Source: an uncultured Spirochaetota bacterium (lineage in GTDB: Bacteria; Spirochaetota; Brevinematia; Brevinematales; JAOACQ01). From it: a DNA stretch of 64,000 nt. A program made the translations under genes and the position numbers. The stretch lies in assembly GCA_963835575.1 (NCBI GenBank), contig CAWIGG010000002.1:896001-960000 (forward strand), written 5' to 3'. Shown piece by piece: positions 19,801-28,198 of the stretch. Position 1 is the stretch's first letter. The number at the start of each line of letters is the position of its first letter. The notes under the pieces were generated by a model. It did no database searches, was not told where the DNA came from, and saw only the letters and a program-made list of their open reading frames with translations.

Positions 19801-20352
19801 AACTAAGAGTTCTTCAGGCATATTATGGTTTTGAACTTCCAGATAAAAATATTCCTTTCCGAAAACATCAAGATACCAGGCAAGAGATTCATCAAGCTCT
19901 TTTTCTTTCTTATCTAAAATAAGTTTCGGGATTTCCCCGCTGAGGCATGCCGTTAAAACCACCAAACCATTACTGTATTCCTGCAAAAGTTCTTTATCGA
20001 TCCGGGGCTTGGAATAAAACCCTTCCAGATACCCGAGAGAAGTCAATTTGATGAGGTTTTTAAAGCCGTTATAATCCCTGGCGAGAAGAACAATATGATT
20101 GTATTTGTCCTCTTTATCTTTTTCAAAACGGCTTTTTGGAGCGATGTAGAGTTCGGCCCCATATATTGGTTTAATATTCTGGTTAGAACATTCCTTGTTG
20201 AATTCCATCATGCCGAACATATTGCCATGGTCGGTCAGAGCGACAGACTCCTGTCCGAATTCCTTAGCCCGGCTTACCAGATCTTTTATTTTTGTTATTC
20301 CGTCTAAAATGCTGTAATGAGAATGGTTGTGCAGATGAATGAAGTCTGACAT
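16891..20352 (-). CDS. dnaE: DNA polymerase III alpha subunit
   Basis: FIHLHNHSHYSILDG (PHP), GRGSAAG, PDIDVDF, YAFNKSHSAAY. GAGGGG RBS before ATG 20352. Confidence 0.97.
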   Translation of the reverse strand: MSDFIHLHNHSHYSILDGITKIKDLVSRAKEFGQESVALTDHGNMFGMMEFNKECSNQNIKPIYGAELYIAPKSRFEKDKEDKYNHIVLLARDYNGFKNLIKLTSLGYLEGFYSKPRIDKELLQEYSNGLVVLTACLSGEIPKLILDKKEKELDESLAWYLDVFGKEYFYLEVQNHNMPEELLVTAKMIEISQKTGIKLIATNDSHYIHKEDAKLQEIVFAIRDKTTLKDPNRYKFQNEEFYFKPPVEMETLFKEIPESLYNTKKIAEMCSFDIRFIKHLPLFPLPDGETAESYLERLCGDGLNKRFKQQVPDVYRQRLEMEVDLIKKMGFSNYFLIVSDFVSYAKNKGILVGPGRGSAAGALISYILSITDVDPIKYGLLFERFLNPERISMPDIDVDFQDDRRDEVKEYIRTKYGYDKTADIITFGVMKSRASLKDVGRVMEIPLENVNRTTKLIDNKMANEVLTDVINKIPEIKKMYQNGNAGEKEWIGYSAKLDGTIRNIGTHASGLIISDSPLTDVVPLYKDMSSGLISTQFEGDYLEKNGLLKMDILGLSNLTMIKDCLLKIRKNHNIKIDITNIPYDDNEVFKLFWHGETMGIFQFESPGMTDYLKKLKPTSLDDLIAMNALYRPGPMDFIPTFIARKQGKEAIDCFHPKLEPILKSTYGVIVYQEQVMQIAQTLAGFSLGKADVVRRMMAKKKPEELDKIRPEWIEGALKQGFSKELAEKIFEILIPFSNYAFNKSHSAAYAILAYQIAYLKAHYKLEFISSLLTLNMSNSDNIRLYCQEAIANGIKILPPDINQSFWEFKEIPDTKDPSIIFGFGGIKGLGESISLAIIEEREMGGNFNSFDDFIHRIIKHDEFKKASVEILIKTGCFDSFYSPADYLKEKALLTYNLDNYILQVGKNLKDKKDGKLNLFENAENGLQPVHMQKNVKPFTLKDDFENEVALFGFYLSGKLFAHHKKEYGTLSHCSFELISKLKPGTNILLWGFINNLAVKITSNNKNYAILSLDNGISNFKLYLFSEKYEQYKNYLIDNNFIMMRTAVSEGKNGIQFDVSSIKPIESLSQERFTELHICLENIDSLDMIKQSLQSVKKIAENPSSQGIIRIIFHIIEEKECDVIYASDKYRVKYSHALMQEIIRIPNIIGYWLY

Positions 20353-20484
20353 AATTCCCCTCAATAAATAACCCTTCATATTATATTTTAAAAAGTGAAT
20401 TTTAGCAAAAGAACTGTTTTATAATGAGGAAAAGGCATTTCTATGATGCATTGACAAAAACTCGATGCGAAATTATCATATTTT

Positions 20485-20853
20485 ATGAAGCTTTTATTGT
20501 CTCAGGAATTCAAATTTGATGCCGCTCATAATCTGATCAATTACCATGGAAAATGCGAGAAATTGCACGGGCATACTTATAAGCTTCGTGTGACTCTTGA
20601 AGGAAAACCGGATCCGTTAACAGGCATGTTAATGGATTTCAGTATCTTTAAAAATTTAGTAAATGATAAGATCATTGAAAAATTGGACCATAGTTATATT
20701 AATGATAACATTAAACTATCCACAGCGGAAAATATTGCCGAATGGATCTGGAACAGACTTGAAAAACCTTTGAAAGGCGATAATTACAGTCTTTTTGAGA
20801 TTGTTTTATGGGAAACGGAGACGAGCTTTGTAACTTTAAGAAATGACTCTTGA
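20485..20853 (+). CDS. queD: 6-carboxytetrahydropterin synthase QueD
   Basis: FDAAH, CEKLHGHTY (CxxxHGH), LDHSYIN, TAENIA, WET. Confidence 0.9.
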   Translation: MKLLLSQEFKFDAAHNLINYHGKCEKLHGHTYKLRVTLEGKPDPLTGMLMDFSIFKNLVNDKIIEKLDHSYINDNIKLSTAENIAEWIWNRLEKPLKGDNYSLFEIVLWETETSFVTLRNDS

Positions 20854-20865
20854 GGAGATCAATCT

Positions 20866-21636
20866 GTGCGCGATATTCAAAATGAAAGAGATGACAGAAA
20901 GATGCCGATCCATAAGGTGGGAATTAATAATTTAAGCTATCCGATCAGTGTTCTGGACAGGAAAGGCGAATTTCAGCATACTGTTTCGCATATAAATATG
21001 TATGTTGACCTGCCGCATCATTACCGCGGCACGCATATGAGCCGTTTTCTGGAGGTGATCAGCCGCCACAGCATGAATTTAAACCTGAATAATCTGGATA
21101 AAATTTTAAAGGAAATAAAAGAGACTTTTAAGTGTGAAACAGCCCACCTTGAATTGGAATTCCCTTATTTTATATATAAAAAAGCCCCCGTTTCGGGAAT
21201 AGAAAGCCCGATGGAATATATCTGCCGTGTCGAGGCAAAAATGGGCGGTGCGCAAAGGCTGGAGCTTCTGGCAGAGGTCAATGTACCGGTGCATAATCTC
21301 TGTCCATGCTCAAAAGAAATAAGCCGGTTCGGCGCTCATAATCAAAGGGGTATGATCAAAATCAGGGTTATCTCTTCCAAAATGATCTGGTTTGAGGAAT
21401 TAATCGAAATAGGGGAAAAATGCGCTTCGGCGCCCCTATACAGTCTATTAAAAAGAGAAGATGAGAAATATATTACAGAACTGGCATTTAATAATCCCCG
21501 TTTTGTGGAAGATTCGGCAAGGGAAGCCGCCCTCGCTTTAAATAAAGATCCGAGAATAAGCTGGTATTCTGTAGAAGTAACTAACTTTGAGTCGATACAT
21601 AATCATAATGCTTACGCATTTATCAAAAAAAATTAA
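20866..21636 (+). CDS. folE2: GTP cyclohydrolase IB (FolE2)
   Basis: GTHMSRF, LCPCSKEISRFGAHNQRG, LLKREDEK, NPRFVED, ESIHNHNA. Confidence 0.95.
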   Translation: MRDIQNERDDRKMPIHKVGINNLSYPISVLDRKGEFQHTVSHINMYVDLPHHYRGTHMSRFLEVISRHSMNLNLNNLDKILKEIKETFKCETAHLELEFPYFIYKKAPVSGIESPMEYICRVEAKMGGAQRLELLAEVNVPVHNLCPCSKEISRFGAHNQRGMIKIRVISSKMIWFEELIEIGEKCASAPLYSLLKREDEKYITELAFNNPRFVEDSAREAALALNKDPRISWYSVEVTNFESIHNHNAYAFIKKN

Positions 21637-21645
21637 GGAGGTTTT

Positions 21646-22734
21646 ATGCCGGCAAAGAATATTTTGAGAGGGGTTTTAATCATTGCTTTTTTATTTTCAA
21701 TGAGTTCGTTTTCTTTCACACAGAGGCTTGCCAAGGATGTCAAGACCGCATTGGTAATGGGAGATGTAGGAAAGGTAAAGTCCTGGCTTGACGCAAAAGG
21801 CAATGTTAATGCTAAAGATGAATCAGGCTCTACGGCTTTAATGATAGCATTAGCGGGTAATTTTGATGAAATTGCCAAACTGCTCATAGAAAGAGGCGCA
21901 AATGTAAATTTAAAAGATAAATACGGCCGTACAGCGCTGATATATGCTTCAGAAAAAGGAAATGTAGACATTGTTAAGCTGTTGCTGATAAAAAAAGCGG
22001 ATTTAAAGGCAAGGGACAGGAAAGGTTATTCCGCACTGAGATATGCTTGTGAGAAAAATCAAATATTAACTGCGGAAATGCTGATTGCCAATAGAGCAAA
22101 TGTGAATGATATGGATAATAATACTAAATCAATATTGATGAGTGTATCATTTAATGGTTTTGGAGAAATCGCAAAAATGCTCATTGATAAAGATGTAAAT
22201 GTTAACGCAAAAGATACAAAAGGCTGTACTGCTTTAATGTATGCTTCGGATAAAGGGCATACTGAAGAAAACGGGAATATCGAAATTACAGGAATGCTTA
22301 TTAAAAAAGGCGCTGATGTGAACGCAAAGGATAAAGATGGTAAAACAGCATTAATGAGGGCCGCATCGGCGGGGCATAGTAATATTGCAAAATTGCTCAT
22401 TGATAAAAGAGCAAACGTCAATGCCGCTGATAAATATAATCATACTCCTTTAATGTATGCTTCGGAAAAGGGGTTTAAAATTGAAACAAGCCAGATTAAA
22501 ATCGCGCAGATGCTTTTAGATAAAGGCGCCGGTATCAATGTGAAAGATAAATACGGCAGTACGGCGTTAACAGAGGCATTGAAAAATGATCAGCCTCAAA
22601 TTGCCAAAATGCTCATTTTAAAGGGGGCGAATGTCAATGTTAAAGATGAATACGGCCGTACTGCAATGGCGCTGGCAGAAAGTAAAGGGTATGGTGAATT
22701 ACTAACTCTAATGAAACAGCATGGCGGCAGATAA
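21646..22734 (+). CDS. Exported ankyrin-repeat protein
   Basis: Signal peptide plus about 9 repeats of G.TALM.A...G...IAK.LI.KGA.VN.KD. Confidence 0.93.
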   Translation: MPAKNILRGVLIIAFLFSMSSFSFTQRLAKDVKTALVMGDVGKVKSWLDAKGNVNAKDESGSTALMIALAGNFDEIAKLLIERGANVNLKDKYGRTALIYASEKGNVDIVKLLLIKKADLKARDRKGYSALRYACEKNQILTAEMLIANRANVNDMDNNTKSILMSVSFNGFGEIAKMLIDKDVNVNAKDTKGCTALMYASDKGHTEENGNIEITGMLIKKGADVNAKDKDGKTALMRAASAGHSNIAKLLIDKRANVNAADKYNHTPLMYASEKGFKIETSQIKIAQMLLDKGAGINVKDKYGSTALTEALKNDQPQIAKMLILKGANVNVKDEYGRTAMALAESKGYGELLTLMKQHGGR

Positions 22735-22865
22735 AGGATAGAGTTTTAAAAGATAATATTTTTTTACCGATTTTACCTTAAATATTCTTCCAGCGGGTTA
22801 TTGTCTTAATGCCTATTATTTATTATATTAATAAATTGATTGTCTGATTCGGGAAAGAGGTTAGA

Positions 22866-23327
22866 ATGCGTATTGAAACAAGACTTGTTTCAGCTAAAGA
22901 TAAATTAAAAAAAGGAAAAGTAATTGATAAAGCTGATGGAAAATTTGTTGATACTCTCAATCAAATCGAAAATGAAGCGGAAATTGATTTCGATCTTGAA
23001 AATGTTCAGCAGAAAGATTTAAAAAAATTAGCCGACCTTATTTCTAAATTCGGAGAAAATCTTTCCCAAAATCCGACGCCTGATAATTTTAATCAGTATA
23101 AAAAATATATTAAACTCTTTATTACCGCCCTTCAAAATAATTTTGAAGTAAAAGACACAATATCAAGGATAACCTTTACAAAACAAAAACTCTATAAAAC
23201 TATAGAAAATATAGACTCAAATTTATCTGAACTCGCGATAATGATCCTTTCCAATGAAAAAAACAGGCTTAATTTTCTTAAACTGGTCAACAGCATCAAA
23301 GGTCTTATCATTGATCTTATTCTTTAA
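22866..23327 (+). CDS. DUF327 (YaaR-like) protein
   Basis: GENLSQNPT...YKKYIKLF...IENIDSNLSELA...IKGLIIDL pattern. Confidence 0.75.
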   Translation: MRIETRLVSAKDKLKKGKVIDKADGKFVDTLNQIENEAEIDFDLENVQQKDLKKLADLISKFGENLSQNPTPDNFNQYKKYIKLFITALQNNFEVKDTISRITFTKQKLYKTIENIDSNLSELAIMILSNEKNRLNFLKLVNSIKGLIIDLIL

Positions 23328-23375
23328 TCTGAATAGAGCGATTTTCCATTAAAGCAAGAAACAATCTTGAAAAGG

Positions 23376-24299
23376 TTATTCAATTTTAGGTTTTTTCTGT
23401 TTGACAATCGGAGAAGGCTGCATGTTATAAACATTGGTAAAGGGCGGAACCGAGTGCGTCAGCCAGACGTTGCCTCCGATGACAGAATCATGTCCAATAA
23501 CGGTATCACCGCCTAAAATTGTAGCTCCGGAGTAAATAACCACATTGTCTTCAATATCAGGGTGCCGTTTGATGTTCTTGATCGGATGGCCTTCTTCATC
23601 CAGCGGGAAACTTTTTGCTCCCAGCGTGACGCCCTGATAAAGCTTGACATTATCGCCTATTTTACATGTTTCTCCTATCACAACGCCGGTCCCATGATCA
23701 ATGAAAAAAGAGCATCCGATTACAGCTCCCGGATGAATATCTATGCCGGTCTTTTGATGCGCATACTCTGACATGATACGGGGTATGACAGGCACATTGT
23801 TTTTATAGAGAAAATGAGCCAGACGGTGTATGCTGAGCGCTTCTATTGATGGATAGCTAAGCAGAATTTCTTCTTCAGATTTGGCCGCAGGGTCTCCATT
23901 ATATGCTGATTTGATATCCTGCTGGAGTATGTCCCTGATGCCGGGCAGACTATCAAGCAGATCAATTGTTATCTGGTTGGCCTGATCCCTGCAGTTGCAT
24001 TCTTCGCAATTGTCTTTTCCGCAATAAAACTCAAAAGCCTTTTCCAATACTGAAGAGAGGTCAATAGCCGCTTCTCTCAGAAGATTCCCTATAAGTATAT
24101 TTATTCTGGATTTATCGATCGGCTGTTCATCAAAAACTCCCGGAAATAGAGCCCCGCGAAGTTCATTGATGATTTTATAAACGGTTTCTTTGCCGGTAAA
24201 ACCGATTGTGTTTTCTTTTATAATGATCTGATGATTAACTTTTTCAAGTTTTTGGGCTACTGCCGGCAGCTCCCTGTTCAGCCATTCATTCAGCTTCAT
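23376..24299 (-). CDS. Serine O-acetyltransferase (EpsC/CysE-like)
   Basis: AYNGDPAA, TGIDIHPGA, FFIDHGTGVVIGET, YQGVTLGA, KRHP. Confidence 0.93.
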   Translation of the reverse strand: MKLNEWLNRELPAVAQKLEKVNHQIIIKENTIGFTGKETVYKIINELRGALFPGVFDEQPIDKSRINILIGNLLREAAIDLSSVLEKAFEFYCGKDNCEECNCRDQANQITIDLLDSLPGIRDILQQDIKSAYNGDPAAKSEEEILLSYPSIEALSIHRLAHFLYKNNVPVIPRIMSEYAHQKTGIDIHPGAVIGCSFFIDHGTGVVIGETCKIGDNVKLYQGVTLGAKSFPLDEEGHPIKNIKRHPDIEDNVVIYSGATILGGDTVIGHDSVIGGNVWLTHSVPPFTNVYNMQPSPIVKQKKPKIE

Positions 24300-24318
24300 A
24301 AAACCTCCGTCTATTAAA

Positions 24319-24519
24319 TTAAGCGTTTAATTTCAGGTTTTTAATATTTTCTGAGATTTTTGGAAAGGATTTAAGCGCTTCAATATAAAGGCATTGACCG
24401 ATAGTATGTTCCGGATTTACATAAAAGGTACAGTTAATGTTCGCCGCATCTTTATTTGTCCAATCAAATGGATCGCAATATTCTTTTGTTATCGGGCAGA
24501 CCTTATTTGACTTTGCCAT
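24319..24519 (-). CDS. Small Cys-containing hypothetical protein
   Basis: 66 aa, AAGGAG RBS, four Cys (CPITKEYC, CTFY, QCLY); ends 19 bp before the acetyltransferase start. Confidence 0.7.
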   Translation of the reverse strand: MAKSNKVCPITKEYCDPFDWTNKDAANINCTFYVNPEHTIGQCLYIEALKSFPKISENIKNLKLNA

Positions 24520-24592
24520 AATAACGCTCCTTAATATCAGAATGATAATGAATTATAAATCAAATACATAAAAAATACAAAAATACAATAAT

Positions 24593-24621
24593 TTGACAAC
24601 AGACTGAGTATTGGTTAAAAT
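24593..24621 (+). promoter_or_regulatory. Sigma-70-type promoter for the tRNA
   Basis: TTGACA-N17-TAAAAT. Confidence 0.7.
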
Positions 24622-24666
24622 ATTCCTCTAGCGGGAAAGTCCCGCTTTTTTCATTTATATCATAAC

Positions 24667-24740
<74 letters not shown>

Positions 24741-24752
24741 AAGATTCATATA

Positions 24753-24916
24753 GGGCGGTTCAAAAAACCTAAAGTTTTTTGAACCGCCATGATTATAAAA
24801 AACTTTTTGGGTAATTGTGAAGACGCTGCCGCGTGGAGTTCGCGAAGCGAACTTAGCGGCCGCATGGTTCAGGACATTATAGGCAGTTCTAAAAACTTAC
24901 ATTTTTAGAACTGCCC
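24753..24916. repeat. Composite palindromic/MITE-like element, subtype A
   Basis: Ends GGGCGGTTCAAAAAA / TTTTTAGAACTGCCC, each also forming a local hairpin. Core CGCTGCCG..GAGTTCG..CGAACT..GCGG is homologous to 50372-50434. Confidence 0.75.
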
Positions 24917-24918
24917 TT

Positions 24919-24946
24919 AAAGCGGCATTTATTAATGCCGCTTTTT
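24919..24946. terminator. Likely bidirectional terminator
   Basis: AAAGCGGCATT/AATGCCGCTTT stem plus T-tract, between the convergent tRNA and TPR gene. Confidence 0.7.
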
Positions 24947-24947
24947 C

Positions 24948-26363
24948 TTATCTCTGATAAATTTTCTTTATTGTCCTCATAAATTCATCCCCTTCAATCA
25001 GGCGGGAATTTTTAATCAGGTAGTGTGTGACGGCGTCTTCCCTCACTCCTGAAAGAGAGTAAATCTCGGTATTTTGAGGCCTTACGCCGAAGCTGTTTAA
25101 CAATATTTCAATGTCCGTCAGCTTGCTGAATGGGATCGGCTCTATATGGCGGTAGAAAACTACATAAAAAACGCCCTTGGAGTAAATATAATAATCATTA
25201 TGTTTATACATCAATCTGAAAACATGCTTGGAGAGGATTTTACGGCAGACTGAATCGAAATTTTTAGTTTCGTTGTCTTCATTGCTGGTAAAATAATGAA
25301 TTAGATAAGAATGGGGCAGTATTTTCTTATAGCGCTCGTACATGATTGATGCATCCTTGAAATTCGCATTCATCATATAAATACGCTCGAAGTTTTTAAG
25401 AGCCTGGTATTCTTCACCCGTGTTCCAGAGAAGATTCGCGTAAAGGTAAATGAGTTCTGTTTTTGTTTCCTCTGATGAAACTAAAGAAAGATATTCAGAC
25501 ACATAATGGATGCCTGAGTGATAATCTTTCACTTTGATGAATAAGTTTATGATTGAAATCTGGCAATCTTCGCAGATTTTTTGAAGAGTGCTGGATTCGC
25601 TGTTGAATTTACTGTTTTTCCAATCATTTTCCAGGACAAACTGATATTGTTTTATGGCCTCATTGTATTTTTTCAGGTTTTCAAGACAGCGCGCTTTATA
25701 ATAGAATATCTCATAATTCTCCGGGTCGTATTTTTCAAGAAGGCGGAATTGTTTCATGGCATTTTGATAACTGCCGCTGTCAAAGAGCAGTTTTCCATAA
25801 AGGAAGCGCGCGTCAAGAAGACCGCTTCTTCTTTTTAAAACTTTCTCCAGATATTCTCTGGCTTTTTTAAAGCTTTTGTTTTTATATTGGAATAATGCGA
25901 GATCATAAAGCGCTTCCACATTCCCTTCATCTTTTTCTAAAAGCATCAGATAATAAGCCAGCGCGTCCTTAGATTTTCCGAGCTTGCCGTATATCTTTGC
26001 GATATGAAGAAGAATAGAAGAGTAAAGCTTTTTAGATTTTGTAGAAAGAACTGCCGCTTCCTGATAAAATTTCAAAGCATTGGTGAGCGAGTCCTGGGCT
26101 TCATAAGCCTGGGCAAGGTAATACATGATAAATAAACTGTCGTCTTTTCTTTTAGATTTTTTATTGTCAATGAATTCCTTCGCCCTGTTGATAACATCAT
26201 TGTAGTCTCTGCTTTTCAATTTCCTTGAGAGGATTTTTTCAATAGCCTGATGAAAAAATAGGGAACGGATAGATAAAAATATTATACCAGCTAATAAAAA
26301 CACAATTATTGAAGCGAATATAATAAGCAGATCGTCCTGAATTTTTAAAAAATCCATATTCAT
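24948..26363 (-). CDS. Membrane-anchored tetratricopeptide-repeat protein
   Basis: N-terminal TM helix and multiple TPRs (YYLAQAYE..ALKFYQEA; ARFLYGKLLF..YQNAMKQF). Confidence 0.85.
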   Translation of the reverse strand: MNMDFLKIQDDLLIIFASIIVFLLAGIIFLSIRSLFFHQAIEKILSRKLKSRDYNDVINRAKEFIDNKKSKRKDDSLFIMYYLAQAYEAQDSLTNALKFYQEAAVLSTKSKKLYSSILLHIAKIYGKLGKSKDALAYYLMLLEKDEGNVEALYDLALFQYKNKSFKKAREYLEKVLKRRSGLLDARFLYGKLLFDSGSYQNAMKQFRLLEKYDPENYEIFYYKARCLENLKKYNEAIKQYQFVLENDWKNSKFNSESSTLQKICEDCQISIINLFIKVKDYHSGIHYVSEYLSLVSSEETKTELIYLYANLLWNTGEEYQALKNFERIYMMNANFKDASIMYERYKKILPHSYLIHYFTSNEDNETKNFDSVCRKILSKHVFRLMYKHNDYYIYSKGVFYVVFYRHIEPIPFSKLTDIEILLNSFGVRPQNTEIYSLSGVREDAVTHYLIKNSRLIEGDEFMRTIKKIYQR

Positions 26364-26481
26364 ATCTATTTATTATAGACTAAATGAGATAGACTATCAA
26401 ATAATAACAACTTGATTTGTATTTTTAATATTTATCATCTATAATTTAAATTATTTTAATAATTAAAAACAGGAGGTTATT

Positions 26482-26748
26482 ATGGCTGTTGAAGTAAAAA
26501 AGCTCTCGAAAGATGAGTTGGAAAAAATGGGTGTATTCAAATGGCCGGTCTGGACAAAAGAAGCGTCGGAGTTCGACTGGTCTTATTCGGAAATGGAAAG
26601 CTGCTATATCCTTGAAGGCGATGTTGAAGTAATAACGCCCGAAGGCGCTGTTCATTTTGAAAAGGGTGATTTTGTGGTATTTCCCAGGGGATTATCCTGC
26701 GTCTGGAAAATCAAGAAGGCAGTAAGAAAACATTATAAATTCGGATAA
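26482..26748 (+). CDS. Small cupin protein (DUF861/Cupin_3)
   Basis: WPVWTKEASEFDWSY...ESCYILEG...GDFVVFPRGLSCVW.I...VRKHY. Confidence 0.9.
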   Translation: MAVEVKKLSKDELEKMGVFKWPVWTKEASEFDWSYSEMESCYILEGDVEVITPEGAVHFEKGDFVVFPRGLSCVWKIKKAVRKHYKFG

Positions 26749-26752
26749 ATGA

Positions 26753-27478
26753 TCAAGGCCAGAGAAAAGCGATATTTGTTTTATTACTCCATCCTTCGCG
26801 CCCGTCAATTGTATCAATCAGATAAAATCCTTCTTCTTCCTTTTTAACAGTACATTCCATTCCCTGCATAATATCGGTAATTTTAATGGAGGCTGGCGCA
26901 GGCCTTTCATTTAATGGAGATTGTGCTGTTACAACAGCGCTTTTATTATCAAAAATAAATGAATAACGGATTACAGAAGAAAATAGATATACAATTCCGA
27001 TAACGATAACAATTATTGAAAATATGCGGATATATTTATAATTAAATTTCAAAAAAGGGATTTCGATCTGAGAAAAATAAAGCGAAATAGAAATACTTCC
27101 CAGGATGAATAAAATCAGGCCTAAAAAGAAGCCTGTATTAAGGCTGAAAAGTGTAAATGGAAATAGTATGATTTTTTCCAGAGGGGTTAATTCAAAAAGG
27201 TAAAGAGGTATTCCCAGAGTTTCACGGGCCGAATTGAGAGCTTCTTTTATTTCAGAGTCGCCGGGATCAAGGACGGACGCTTTTTTTAAGTTTAAAACGG
27301 CATTGCCCATATCACCTGATCGGAGCGATGTTATACCGAGATTATAAAATATTTTTGAATCGTGGTGGTGTAATGAAAGTTCGTTTAAATTACTGATTGT
27401 AAAATCCTCGGCCGCAGCAAAAACAGAACTGAATATTATAAAAAAAATAAATAGAAACAACAGAATGATTTTTTTCAT
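26753..27478 (-). CDS. BatE-like TPR/TM/SH3 protein
   Basis: Signal peptide, YNLG...GNAVLNLKKA..LDP (TPR), two TM helices, C-terminal SH3b-like DGREGW. Confidence 0.7.
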   Translation of the reverse strand: MKKIILLFLFIFFIIFSSVFAAAEDFTISNLNELSLHHHDSKIFYNLGITSLRSGDMGNAVLNLKKASVLDPGDSEIKEALNSARETLGIPLYLFELTPLEKIILFPFTLFSLNTGFFLGLILFILGSISISLYFSQIEIPFLKFNYKYIRIFSIIVIVIGIVYLFSSVIRYSFIFDNKSAVVTAQSPLNERPAPASIKITDIMQGMECTVKKEEEGFYLIDTIDGREGWSNKTNIAFLWP

Positions 27479-27481
27479 TAT

Positions 27482-28198
27482 TTATTTACTCTTTTCTTGT
27501 GTTAAGCTGTGTGTATAATCATTCAGTTTCTTTTTAGCATTTTTGATTGATTCATTCAATACCTCTTCCGGATTATTGCAGAGTTTTCCATGTCCGGGGA
27601 AGATCCGTTTAATTTTATATGTATTAAGTCTTTCCAGTGAATTGATATAATCGCCATAACTTCCGGAATCGGATATTTTGGAGATAACTCCTCCGGCAAA
27701 GACGGTATCTCCGGTAAACATGAGATTTTTAAACGGTTCATACAGGCAGATGCAGCCGGATGTATGGCCGGGAGTTTGGAGGACTTTCAGCTTATAGTTG
27801 CCGAAATCCAGCAAAACCCTGTTTTCAAGCCAGATATTGATTCTTGTTTTTATAGCTTCTTCACCATGAACAGCGGCATGGATGACATATTCATCCTGGA
27901 GTTCAATTTTTGTCGCCGCGAAACGGTCTGCTGCCAGAAGGGCCGTTTCATAAAAAAAACTGATCCCGCCGATATGGTCGTAATGCTCATGAGTGCAGAT
28001 GACCAGATGAATATCACCGGCTTTTAAACCGACTTTTGCCGCTGATTGAACTATGCGGCTGAAATTACTTTTTGTGCCGGTATCAATCAATACATTTTTA
28101 TAGAGACCTTTGATAAGATAGGCATGAGAACTGGGATTTTGCCCGTAGATAATGAAAATATTTTCTTCTATCTCATCCATCAATTTAATGTTTGTCAT
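27482..28198 (-). CDS. Metallo-beta-lactamase-fold hydrolase (glyoxalase II-like)
   Basis: LIDTG, THEHYDHIGG, TPGHTSG, FTGDT, PGHG. Confidence 0.92.
   Translation of the reverse strand: MTNIKLMDEIEENIFIIYGQNPSSHAYLIKGLYKNVLIDTGTKSNFSRIVQSAAKVGLKAGDIHLVICTHEHYDHIGGISFFYETALLAADRFAATKIELQDEYVIHAAVHGEEAIKTRINIWLENRVLLDFGNYKLKVLQTPGHTSGCICLYEPFKNLMFTGDTVFAGGVISKISDSGSYGDYINSLERLNTYKIKRIFPGHGKLCNNPEEVLNESIKNAKKKLNDYTHSLTQEKSK

Noticed and set aside
16891..20352. Intein or split in dnaE
   Set aside because: Normal length with continuous motifs; no intein signatures seen.
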